From contig JBHGNT010000018.1 in NCBI GenBank assembly GCA_043228905.1, positions 2,604,001 to 2,668,000 on the forward strand: 64,000 bases of DNA. The letters run 5' to 3'. The notes below the pieces were generated by a model. That model searched no databases and was not told the DNA's origin. It saw nothing but the letters and a program-made list of their open reading frames with translations. The stretch is from Azolla caroliniana (taxonomy: Eukaryota; Plantae; Polypodiophyta). A program made the translations under genes and the position numbers. Shown here piece by piece: positions 26,150-38,272 of this stretch; position 1 is the stretch's first letter, and each line of letters opens with the position of its first letter.

Positions 26150-27045
26150 GAGAAGGGGCGGATTATGTGGGGCCAGGTTCAATCGGTTTTGGGGCACTCG
26201 GCCTCTACGGTATGGTCCTTTAATCCTCCCAAGTGGGAAGGGTCATTTACAAGGCTTCAAGTGTTGGTGGGGATAAGGGGTCTTTTGTCTTGCGGACAAA
26301 TTTAAGACTATGATGTGGAGGAAGATGGCATTATATGTAGAGCAATGATACAACCAAAGATATTGCAATATGCCACGTTCTCTAAAATTAGGGTCCTTGC
26401 TTATGACGGAACTAAGTGGAACATCGACCCACAAGTTTATGCAGTCAAGGAGCATTGGAAATTGAGAGTTTTTGAAAAGAAACCTTTGATAAGGTTGCAA
26501 TAGGATCCGGGAGAATTTTGGAGGAAAGATCCGTTTGATCGCACGGAAAAAAGGTATGGTTTTTTTCAATGCAGGGCTACACCATGGGCTAGTCAATTTT
26601 GGACCCCTCAAGGGGTCACATCTGAATTCTTAGCAAAGTTTTGGAGGACATTATGGAAAAGGAAGCAAGATATGAAAATAAATGTCTTCAAATGGCTAGT
26701 AATACATAGAGCATTACCAGTTGGCTAGTGGCTGCAACAATCAGCTGGACCGATTGCATGCATCTATTGTAGTTGCCAGATGGAGACATTGAAACATTGC
26801 TTGTGGGAATGTCATGCTGCACAACAAGTTTGGAGGCGAGGGTTTCGAATTCTAGCCTTTATATTTAGGGATGGCAGTTTTTCGTGGGGTATGGTAGTAT
26901 GGGCTACAGTGGCACAAATGTTGTGGCCATATGAGGCATGTCCAAATGATACGATGATTAGAATTCAAAGAGGAAGGATAACGGTGGTGCAACGAAGTCA
27001 TATGGAAGCTCCTTATATGTTAAAGGCAATGCAAGAAGTATGGGA
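26150..27045 (+). mobile_element. LINE (L1-type) fragment, zf-RVT region
   Basis: Reads FWRTLWKRKQDMKINVFKWLVIHRALPVG*..CIYC..ETLKHCLWECHAAQQVW, the CCHC motif typical downstream of plant L1 RT. Confidence 0.75.
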
Positions 27046-27359
27046 GCGCAACAGACACATGGCATGGGGGCAACTGGATCGAACTGAGAGCCGGGCGAAG
27101 TCTCCATCGAATCAATGAAACAGCGGAAACGGAGATCATATCGTGGGGCGAATAGAGGGTGTGGGGGATCGATCGGGGGCGACACTGATTGAAGGAAGGC
27201 GAGGGAGGGAGAGACTGAGACTTGAGACTGGGATGAGACCAGATGTATGCACGTGTAGAGAGATATAATGGGTATTCGGGCCTTGAGGCATGGGTCCTAG
27301 GAATGGGTGGGCTTAGGCAACAGGCAGCAGCAACAGCTACTGGAGCCATCCAGAGACTA

Positions 27360-27520
27360 TGATATGTATGCCTGCATGCCATGCCATCCCTACTTGCATA
27401 TATGTCATGTCTAACATGCATACATGCCTACATGCCATGTCTAACATGCATACATGTAGTGCATACATGGCATGGCATGTAATGCATACATGCCATGCCA
27501 TGCCATGCCATGCCTGCATG
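27360..27520. repeat. CATG/CATGC-rich low-complexity tract (contains RY-like CATGCA motifs) upstream of the MYB gene
   Basis: Runs of (CATGC)n and CATGCA, plus a duplicated CATGTCTAACATGCATACATG. Confidence 0.7.
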
Positions 27521-27677
27521 GCGATGGGGGAAGAAGAAGAAGAAAAAGCAGAGAGAGAGAGGAACAGGGGAAGAGAAAGGGAAGGATTTTTCATGCAAAT
27601 TTACGTTTCTGGATTCCTGTTCAAAAAAACAAAAATCATCGCAGATCATCGCCGCCATAGCTGTCCAAGCTCTCTAC

Positions 27678-27775
27678 GAAGAAGAAGAAGAAGAAGAAGA
27701 AAGACAGTGCAAGGCAGAAGGAAGATAACGGAACTGCTGGTCGAAGAAGAAGAAGAAGAAGAAGAAGAAGAAGAG
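27678..27775 (+). repeat. (GAA)n microsatellites in the MYB 5' region
   Basis: Two pure GAA runs. Confidence 0.9.
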
Positions 27776-27957
27776 CATCAGCAGGATAGAAGGAGGTGGA
27801 GAAGGCAATGGTAGCAGTAGAAGAAGGATCGAGACAAAGGTAGTAGCAGTAGAAGAAGCAGCATAGAGGAATCAATATAGCCACCGTAGTAGAAGGAGGA
27901 GGAGGAGGAGGAGAAGAAGAAGTATAACAGAAGCAGAAAGTCGAGAGATTTCTAGCT

Positions 27958-30900
27958 ATGGCGATCTCTGATGCGCCAATCCAACCATCTCCTTCACCCT
28001 CGCCTTTGGAGCTAGATCAATCTTCCCATAATCATAATCACCACCATAGCCATAACCATCACGATCATAGCAACAACCATAACTATAATCATTATCATCA
28101 TCATCATCAACAACAACAACAACAAAAACTGTTGGTATTTGATCGGATCAAAGGACCATGGAGCCCTGAAGAAGATGAAGCACTACACAGGTTAGTAGAT
28201 GAGTATGGAGCAAGGAACTGGTCTCTGATAAGCAGAGGTGTCCCTGGACGATCCGGGAAGTCATGCCGGTTGCGATGGTGTAATCAACTGAGCCCACAGG
28301 TGGAACATCGGCCTTTCACAGAAGACGAAGATCGCTCCATCCTTCACGCCCATGCACTCCATGGCAACAAATGGGCTACCATTGCTCGTCTTCTTCCTGG
28401 AAGAACAGATAATGCCATCAAGAACCATTGGAATTCTACTCTTAAACGTCGGTTTAATAATAACAACAAGATCAGCCATAAAATCAGTGGTGAGATCAGC
28501 AGCAAGATCAACTGTGAGATCCATAATGCCATGGCCGAGATTCCTAGGGTTCATAGTGTTGTTACCTTTGATCCTACCTCTGCTACTTCGGCTACTTCTG
28601 CTTCTGCTAATCATTCTGGTTCGAATTCGAAGGTCCAATATCTTATACGACGGTGTGTTGATGATCAGGATGTTGATGAGATCTGCAGTGCTAGCCAAGG
28701 TAAAGAGAAGAATCAATACATGTTATAATCTTTCTTCTTCTTGTTGGGTTTGTTGTTCTTCTGTTGATGGTTTGGTTAAGGATGTTCACTGAATTCCTAT
28801 GAAGATTTAAGACATCAAATTGAAGTTTGTAATCTTCCTTGTTATTGTTCTATTGATGATGATGATGTGATCTGCGGTAGCTGTAGTGAGAGAACATAGT
28901 AAAGATCATGTTTTCATCATCATCATCATCAGTAATGATACAGTAAAAGTAGCAATGTTTCTTTTTCCTCTTATTATGCTAACTTAAATGATGGTGATGG
29001 TGGTATCTGCACTGGCATCAGTAAGAGAAATCACAATAAAGATGGTATTTTCTTCTTCTTCTTCATCATCCATTATACTGTTTTTGTTGTTGATGATGAT
29101 GATACATGTAAAGATTATCATCTGTTTTTATTCTTCCCTTATTGGTGGTGATGATATACCTAACAGTAGAAATGGCAAATTTTCTTCTCTTTCTTGTTAT
29201 GTTGCTTTTCATGATAACGACGACGATAACCATAATGATTACAATGACAATGGTGATCAGATTCTAAGCTTGAGCATCCACACAAACATGAGGATGATGA
29301 GCTCTGCATTGGCCAAGGTAAGAGAAACCACCTCAATCTTTCATCTTCTTCTATTTCTTGATAATGTCAATGGTGATGAAAGCTGTAGTGGTGTTGGTAA
29401 GAGAGAGCACAGTAAAAGATTGAATTTCCTTGCCTTCTTTTGTTGTTGTGATGATGAATCTCTGCTTCTGCTTCAGATCGTAAGCTTGAATATCCACGAA
29501 GGAATGATGAAGATGAGGAGATCTGCAGTGGCCAAGGTAAGACATCAAGACACAATGAAGATCTCAATCATTCTTTTTTTGTGCAATTAGCAATGATAAT
29601 TCAGAATCATACTCTTTCTCCTTTGTTATGATGATAATTGTTGAGTATAAACTTCTGCTTATGCATTAGATCTGAAGCTTGAACATCCGCTAAAGAATCA
29701 TCACTGCGAGGAGATCTGCAGTAACCATGGTAAGAGATCAAGACACAAAGATCCCAATCTTTCTTCTTCTAATTCTTCATCTGCAATTGTCGGCATTGAT
29801 GGTGATGATTCTCTGCAAGTTGAGAGTGGTGATGTGGAGGAAGCTAATAAAAAAGATAAGCTTAGAAAGCTTAATCTTAGTCCTCCTTCACCCGCTCGAT
29901 CTGATCGTAGCAGCACAGATTTTAACAGCCATTGCTTCCTTTTGAAACCTGTGTTGAAACCTTCTGCTTTTACTTCATATAATGGCCATGTAAAGCAGCA
30001 TCAAGGATCAATTGAGACCCCTGGCGCTACCACCAGAATAGTTCCCGTCACATCTTTGTCATTGTCTTTATCCCTTTCTGGTTGCTCCAAACAGGAGGAA
30101 GAAAAGGAGAGCCACATTGATGGTGTTCTGTACAGTAACAATGCATCAGATGGTTGTGATGTAAAGAGTGAGAAGATTGTTGACCATGATTATGACTTCT
30201 CTGACCTTTTCAGACACCATAATGAGAAAAATGGTTATGGTTTTGCTGATGTTTCCCAGAACTATTACCACATTATGAGACAGCGTGCTGAGAAGAATGG
30301 TTATCGCGTCTCGGATCTTTCCCAGATATCCTATGGGCGACATGATGAGAATAGGGATTATGGCTTCTCTGATCTTACCCAGGGTTATGGCCATGTTGAT
30401 AGACCACATAATGAGAAGAAGAGTGTTTATGGCTTTTTTGATGCCTTTCAGAACTATGGCTATGCTGACAAATCACAACATGATGAGAAGAATGGTCATA
30501 TTTTCTCAGATATTTTCCAGAGCAATGGCAATGGTGATGAACGACGTGATGAGAAGAGGAATAGTTATATATTCTCTGATCTTTTTGAAAGCAATGATGG
30601 AAAGAAGGATGTATTATTGAATGGTGTGTATACAAAGAAATTGCAAGAAGATATGGAAATGGCTACTCAGACATCTCATTATCCCAACGTAGAAATCAGC
30701 ATGCAGGCATCGTCATCATCGTTATTACCATCTTTGTTTTCTGCTTTACCTTCATTCAAAGAAGGAAGCTATATGAAAGCTGAAGATGCAATGGAGCTTA
30801 TACATATAGCTATCAAAGCAATTGTAACTCAAATTCTATCACCTATTATGAATCCGCAGTCTGCAAAGGACCCATTACAAGATACTGGTGGTGGTGATAA

Positions 30901-31006
30901 TAGTAGCAATGAGAGAATCTTTGATGCAAAGTTATTCTCTGTGATGACTAAAATCGTAGAGAAAGAAGTTCAGCAATATATGGCATTGTCTTCATCGAGA
31001 ATATAA
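27958..31006 (+). CDS. R2R3-MYB transcription factor (MYB44/MYB73 subgroup-22-like). Predicted exons 27958-28699, 29261-29317, 29477-29536, 29670-31006
   Basis: R2R3 repeats: [65 protein letters not shown]. It has an LSLSL motif and a C-terminal [13 protein letters not shown] resembling the subgroup-22 motif. All GT-AG junctions are phase 1 and keep frame. The two micro-exons are less certain. Confidence 0.88.
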
Positions 31007-32540
31007 TGAAATATTTTCAGCTTGCATGAGATGCTTCTCAGAAGGGGTTTAATTTGCATTCAGCGTTTATCCCTTTCTCAGTGTAATTTTTTCATCTTAT
31101 TCGACACACATACATAGAGACCTCAATTTGAAGAGCGGCGTAATTGGGTTTTCTTAATATATGATTTCATTGTTTAAGAGATCAAGATCAGTGTAGTGAA
31201 GTTTTCATAACCTACATAGAGACCTTGATTTGAAGAGCGGAGTAATTGAGCTTTCTTCATGTATAATTTCATTGTGGAGAAATGAAGATCAGTGGTAGTG
31301 AAGTTTTCATAACCTATGATTGCATCATTGGAGATGTAAGAGAGGAATCTGGTGTTAATACGCAATGGTTGGCATCATGGAAGAATGGAGAATTGATTAA
31401 AACCACATCTATGATGATGACGATGACGACTACTAGACGATAATGATGCAGAAACTCCATAACCTCGGCACGCAAACACTAAATACTGGCTTGAAAAAAA
31501 AATGGAGAGTATCATAGAGATACATCAATGTCATCACATTGGCTTTTGCTCTAAGATGTGCAGTAAAAAATATATTTCTACATGTACACAAGTTTTTTGA
31601 CTATGGCATTTTTTCAATCTTCTACTACTAGATTATAATTATCACTATTGGCATTTTTATTACAACTACTGAGTTACAGATTGCTAGTGGGCATTATTAG
31701 TTAGCGCTGGTGAGAAGCTCTATAGCCATCCATCCATATAGGAGGATATCTCACACTACCAATGTATTGAATGGAAGATGTGCACAATCATCTTGAGTAA
31801 TAATTCAATACAATTATCTTCTTCTTGCTACTAATTGTTGGGAATCTCTTTAGCCATCCATATGAAATGGCTATCCAGATCTTCCGGGCAGTGTAAGATG
31901 GGCTCCTATATGGATGGCTATCTGACACTAGCCGGACGATCTGCGTAATCATCTTAAGTGATAATCTGGTACAATCTTCTCCTTGCTACCAGAATCAGGT
32001 TCGATATTTCTGTTAATAAAGCACTGCCACTCTTCTATTTTCAGAGAGGGTTAGCATCATCTCGGTTTGTTTCTGATATGTGTTGCTTGTGAGGGTGCTC
32101 CGATATGTGGTAATGTTACAGCTTGAATTGAATATCTATCCTCAAAAGCTACTCCCTTCATCTCGTTGAACAAATCATCCCAGCTTTCTTCTAAAATTAA
32201 GTGCATGTGGTTAGACAAGATCATTTTGCCCTTTGGGGAACATCCTTTCTTGTCTTCTCCAATGCAAACGACACCAAACTCTACACTAAAGATTGTTTAT
32301 CAATTGGCATTGTATTCAACTATGGCTAGGTGTCAAATCAATGCAAATGTTTGAGGAAACTACAAAATAAAACATATCAAATTTCACGAAGCTAGTTGCT
32401 TGTAACCTAAACCTCTAATGATTTAACAATGTTGGCAAATAGTACTTGAGCAATCTGTGTTCTTAAATGATGTTATCGGCATGATCATATAATATCTTGT
32501 GGTGAGAATATATCATAGTATTCTATACACGTGGATAAAG

Positions 32541-33378
32541 TGTGAGGGATAAACGAGAGTGTAAAGAAGGGAAGGATTACTACAAGGATTACTTTTAATC
32601 CTCGGGATTGAGACAACCCATTAGGCCAAATGTGAACTTGCTTGGGGGCCTAGGGTCTGACTATAAATATGAAGCCTAGCTACCCTCATTTGAGCATCTC
32701 TTGACTACGTCGAGACTCCATTCTTGTGGTGGGTCAACTCTTGTAGTGAGCGCACCAATACCAGGTACGACTCTTTCTTATTTTTTTGGTAACTCTTTCT
32801 TCTTCTTTTTTCTATTCTTTCTTCTCCCAATCTAATAATGTATAGTCAATATGTATTTTTTTTCGTTGATTCAATTAATATGGTGTAGTGGTAATAATTG
32901 GTTGTATAAAACGTATACATATGTGTAGGAGAGCAATACCTCATTTGATATATATTTGATAAGTGATTCGTGTCGTATGCGTACGAGGTTAATACCTCAA
33001 TTGCGTATTACGCTCACATACAAATGTTATGTATGCGTATGAGGTCAATACCTCAATTTCTAAGTGTTTGATATACAATCTGTGTCGTATGTATAAGAGG
33101 TCAATACCTCAATTGCGTATTACGTTCGCCCTTATTTTTGGATGTTTCGTGTGCGTAGAGGCTATATGCCTCGATTACGTATCTTGATTACATCATTAGT
33201 TTGGCTACATTGTGATGTTAAGATTTTTTTTTAGCATATGCATATGTAATCACCTGTATACGTATTTAATCGTATACATGTGATAAACATAAATATGTGT
33301 ATATTAGTGTTTATTACGTGATTTTGTATATTGAACATCGTCCTTTTCAGGGAAAGGATCTTGGTGGTTGTCCTCACA
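32541..33378 (+). mobile_element. Probable LTR (TGTGAGG...CCTCACA) with internal ATACCTCAATTGCGTATTACG repeats
   Basis: 7-bp inverted termini, TATAAAT near 32662 and a PBS-like TGGCGTAGTC at 33391. No TSD found. Confidence 0.5.
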
Positions 33379-33479
33379 TTTTTGTGAGAATGGCGTAGTC
33401 ACCATCCTTTTTCCAACAATTTTTATTTTGTTGTCATCTCTATTTTGGCGTGTGTGGTATTATTTAATATAATTAGTAG

Positions 33480-34890
33480 TCGAGAGCATCTAATTGTTTT
33501 GGGGTTACCATGGTTCAAATTACACAATCTGAACATAGATTGGAGAACAAGAGAAATTAGGTATGGACGATCTTGAGAATCTACTCACAACATTTCAACC
33601 ATTTCGCTACATCAATTGCGTGAGGAAGGACGCAAGTAATCAATATTTGTATTTGCAATATCACTGAAACCTTCCAACACCACTAAGGAGGAGTCAACAA
33701 TTCAACTTCCAAAGAAGTATTATCATTACGCCGACCTTTTTGATAAGGTAAAAGCTAATACTCTTCCTCACCATCGACCGTATGATTGTCCCATTGATTT
33801 ACAACCAAGAAAAGAGCCACCGTGTGGACTGATCTACAACTTGTCACCAACCAAGCTTGAAGTTCTTCGAGCCTACATAGAGGAAAATTTGGCAAACAGG
33901 TTCATTCTACATTCGAAATCTCTAGTCGGCGCACATATTTTCCTCGTCAAGAAAAAAGATGGCTCACTTTGTCTAGTCGTGGATTGTCATGTCTTGAATA
34001 AGGTCACCATCAGGAATAAGTATGCACTTCCCTTGATCTCGAGTCTTTTTAGAAAGGATTAATGGCACAAAGTTTTTCACAAAAATTGACTTACGAGGAG
34101 CATATAACCTCATACGGATTCGAGTGGGAGACGAATGGAAGACAACTTTCCGCACCCAATATGGGCACTTCGAGTATACGATTATGCCATTTGGCCTCAC
34201 CAATGCGTCAACAGTCTTCCAACACATGGCAAATTATATATTGTGAGATCTTTTGGACATCTGTTTGATCATCTACTTGGATGATCTACTAGTTTATTCA
34301 AAGACACAGGAGGAGCATGATTATCATGTACTATTACTATTAAGACGACAACGAGAACATGGTCGTTATGCAAAGTTGGAAAAGTGTAGTTTTGATTGTA
34401 ACCAGGTGGAATTTCTAGGCTATGTCATCTCCTCGGAAGGCAAATCTATGGATCCAGCTAAAGTCCAAACTGTGTTAGAGTGGCAAACTCCACGTTCGTT
34501 GCGAGATGTGCAATGCTTTTTAGGATTTACAAATTTCTATCGCAAGTTTATACATGACTACTCAAAGCTTGTTTTACCACTTACACAACTTACAAAGAAG
34601 GGACAATCGTTTGTTTGGTCTAAGCAAGTGGACACGACTTTTGAAGGTCTCAAGAAAGCATTTACATTTGCTCTTGTTCTAGCTCCTTTTGATCCGCAAA
34701 AACCATTTATCATTGAGGCAGACGCGTTAGATTTTACACTCGATAGTATTTTGTCATAGCAAGGCGACGACGAGAAGCTACATCCTGTGGCTTTCCACTC
34801 GCGCAAATTTGACACCGCCAAAATCAACTACGAGATACATGACAAGGAGCTATTAGCAATAGTGGACTCTTTTGCACAATGGAGGCATTT
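33480..34890 (+). mobile_element. Degenerate Tcn1-like gypsy pol fragment (protease end, RT, RNase H), same family as element C
   Basis: IVLGLPWFKLHN; [23 protein letters not shown], nearly identical to ORF 1091-1960; YLDD; [20 protein letters not shown]. Frameshifted. Confidence 0.9.
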
Positions 34891-36599
34891 TTATACCATA
34901 ATACAAATTATTAACAATACATTGCCACCTTCAAGTATAGAGAACCAAATGTTCCGTGATCAACTTTTGTTGGAGACTACAATCATGATTATGGGAACCA
35001 TAAGAATGATTGGATTCGTAGATAGAGTGAAAATGCTCTCAACTATATTCCCTCATTTTGTACAAAGAGAATGTTTGAAGACCCAAAGAACCCATTAAGG
35101 CAAGCCCCAGAGCATAAGATGGATAAATTATTCTAGTTTGAAACATGAATTAAGGGCATGGGTATTAGTAGTAGACATTATTATTGATGGGTTTGAGTAC
35201 AAGCACATGATTATAAAAGCATGTAGTTTTTTACTCATTTATAGTAACCTCACACACAAAACGAGCCTTATAAGTCTTGGTGACAAACAATCTTGTAAAC
35301 CCTAATGCCATAACTAGTTACGGTAATTGATACAAATAGAAGTAAAGTTGTCCTTTCCTCATAGAAGGATGTTCAAAAACTTAGAAACGCCATAAAAGCA
35401 AGCTCTTGAACACAAGATGGACGTTAGATATTACAACCACAATCATTGTTTAGCTATACTATTAGTGGTACATGAGATACATAATCAAACCTCTCATAAT
35501 CCACAGGTAATAGATAGATACTCTCATAATCCTTGAATTCCTAGATGAAAGAAGGTGAAGCAATGATTTCAAAGTTGTGTGCTATGAGTGAATGGACGTT
35601 TTGAAGTCAACACAACGGTTAAAAAGAGAAAATGAAGACATAGGGAAACCAAGATATATTCCTCACATCGAAACAACGTACATCCAAATGTGATAGTAAC
35701 CCAAAACACGTAAAACTTAAAACCATGGTTCACTAACTTCAATTCACACTCTTAAAACAAATTTCAGTATACTCTCTCCATAACAATGCACAACACCACT
35801 TTGTCTCGATTACGGTAGTGGATGCATGGAATGGTGATCTTAAGGGCAAAAAACAAAATGCGTTAAAGAGTCATTCAGTTCATTTACCAAATTTCTCTTG
35901 TTTATTTCCCATGCAACATCAGATGTGAAATAAGAATCATTTGAAAGGAGCATAATTGATTCGGATAAGTATGTACTATTGAAGCAAAAAAAACATGAAG
36001 CTACAATGAATGATGAAGTGTGTCATTGTTGACAATGTGTTCATAAAATTCAACTTCCTGTTCCAATGGGAGGAACCAAGCCAAATCATTGTCGTATAGG
36101 CCATGTTTAACCATAAAGTCCGAAACACTAGCCAATGTGTTTAGGGTTTCAAGGTTTACATAATGAGGGGTTCAATCATTAACCATTGTATTCATGATCA
36201 TGAGTATGGGTCTTGAGCTCTCGGAGATTTCGATTTAAATATGCTCTGAATGACAAGTGAAGATAATGAGGGGTTTTGCTCCATGGACACTCAAGTTCAA
36301 CAATAATAAGTTTTGGGACCTTCAGCAAAATTCGTATGTCTTGTCAGGTTTCCTTCAAACCCTAACCCAATTATCATTGGTTTTGAGTTTTGCAACCTTA
36401 CTGTCATTAGTTTCAAGTTTTCATCATCAATCCATGAGCAAATATAGTGATTCTTAAGCCAAGAAACAAAACTCAATAAATCAACTCTAAGTTTGTATCA
36501 TCATGAGCTTGACTCGATATTCTATTGTAAGGGATTTGCTTTCTCGGCATTTACACTTATGTGATTCAATGATCTCAAAAATATAAATGAAGGGATGTC

Positions 36600-37950
36600 T
36601 TTGACTTGACTTCATGAGACCTTCACAAGTCTTGATGATCTCAAGTTCTTGGCCATATAATGATCCTCCTTTTTGCATTACAATGACAAAACGGTCGCCA
36701 AAATTCTTCGAGGATTTACTTTTGTTATGACGACACCCTAGTCATCACATTCGAATAAGCTTACACATTAAAAATGTATAAAATGATGTAAAATATCCAT
36801 AACGTTTAATTTAATTGGCTTCCAGATCATAATTTATGGCTAGTTGATATGAGAGATCCCTACTTTATAAATGCTTACCTCAATAGTAGTTTGATTTCAT
36901 TCCATCAATAATTCTTCATCCAAAGAACCAACTATCATAGTTCTATTCCAACTTTGAATCTGACTTTGTGGATCAATTTTACAGTGTTCTTTGGAACTAG
37001 CTTGAGTTCTATGCTTCAATCGAAACAAAAATAGAATTAATGAAAGCACCTATTCATTCACCAATAATAGTCACACACACAAACACACATTCTCCAATAC
37101 AGAATATTTTAATTAGTAACGCACACTACAATCCCGATTATACTAGCTCAAAGATCTACACCTACTTATACAGCAAACCTCTCCATTTAAGGTCCTCAAA
37201 AATAGTATGTAAGATCACATCATAAGAATTTAGTGTAAGATTACACAAACCCTCTTATGGACATAATCTAAAAAATGGGTCTTGATTCAATTATCTCATG
37301 TTCAACTCCAGTGTAAATGAGCAAATGTCTTTCTTGACTTCGTGAGACCTTTGAGGATACCTCCAGTTATCAAGACGTCTTTGTCATCACATTCCAATTA
37401 AGACCCAGCCATGTTAAATTTACGCATAAAGCAATGTACAGATTGATGTAATATACGCATACTTTTAGTTTAATTGGCTTCTAGATCATAATGGTTAGTT
37501 GATCTGGGACAGATTCTTATTTTATAAATGCTTACCTCAACAAGCAGTAAATTTATCTAAAAGCCTTGAGTCGTTTAATCTCAGTCCGACAATTCTTCAT
37601 CCAAAACAACCTGTGAAAATTCCGTAGTCATCTAGTACATGCATGTTTCAAGAAGTTCTCAAACATCTTGTATGAATAACAACTTTAAATCTGATTTAGT
37701 GGATCTCTTTTACAAAGTTCTCAAGAACTAGCTTGAGTTCAATGCATCAATCGAAACAAAAATGGAAGTAACAAAACCATCAATAACCAATAATAGACAC
37801 ACTTTCAACAATCCACAATACTCTATTTAGGAAAGAGCACTACAGTCCTAATTAGAACAACTCAAAGGTCTACATCAACTTATACTGCAGACCTCTCCAT
37901 TTAAGGTCCTGAGAAACAGTATGTAAGATTACATCATAAAAATTTAGTGT
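36600..37950. repeat. Diverged tandem duplication (~36600-37240 and ~37330-37950) downstream of the PHAX gene
   Basis: Collinear shared blocks: CTTGACTTC.TGAGACCTT, TTTTATAAATGCTTACCTCAA, GAACTAGCTTGAGTTC, CCTCTCCATTTAAGGTCCT and GTATGTAAGAT.ACATCATAA.AATTTAGTGT. Confidence 0.85.
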
Positions 37951-38272
37951 CTCATTACAACAAACCTTGATTACTCAATGCTAATTGTAATGATTTCTCT
38001 TCTTAATATCCTTGCAAATCAAGGAAAAAAATATCTGATTTTAAATCAATATGCATCAAAATCTGTGTTTCCCTGAAACTTGGGACAATTCTTTCCAGCT
38101 CTCACTAATGAGAAAATTTTCCAAGACTTACACTCACTTGCGTTTACTGTTGTTCTATGTACATGTTATATGCCCATGACCCTAACTGGAAAGAACTCAT
38201 GCTTAATTCTAATGGGATGGCGAGTCACAACTACACAATACCATGTAAAGCTTTTTGTTAAGCTTAGTTTAC

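Noticed and set aside
27337-27884. ORFs across the CATG and GAA tracts
   Set aside because: They are simple-repeat artefacts.
28988-29590. 200-aa ORF as a separate gene
   Set aside because: It is a low-complexity off-frame reading of the MYB repeat and intron region.
32930-33185. CRISPR-like spaced repeats (ATACCTCAATT)
   Set aside because: The context is eukaryotic, the repeats are degenerate, the spacers are similar to each other and there are no cas genes. These are LTR-internal repeats.
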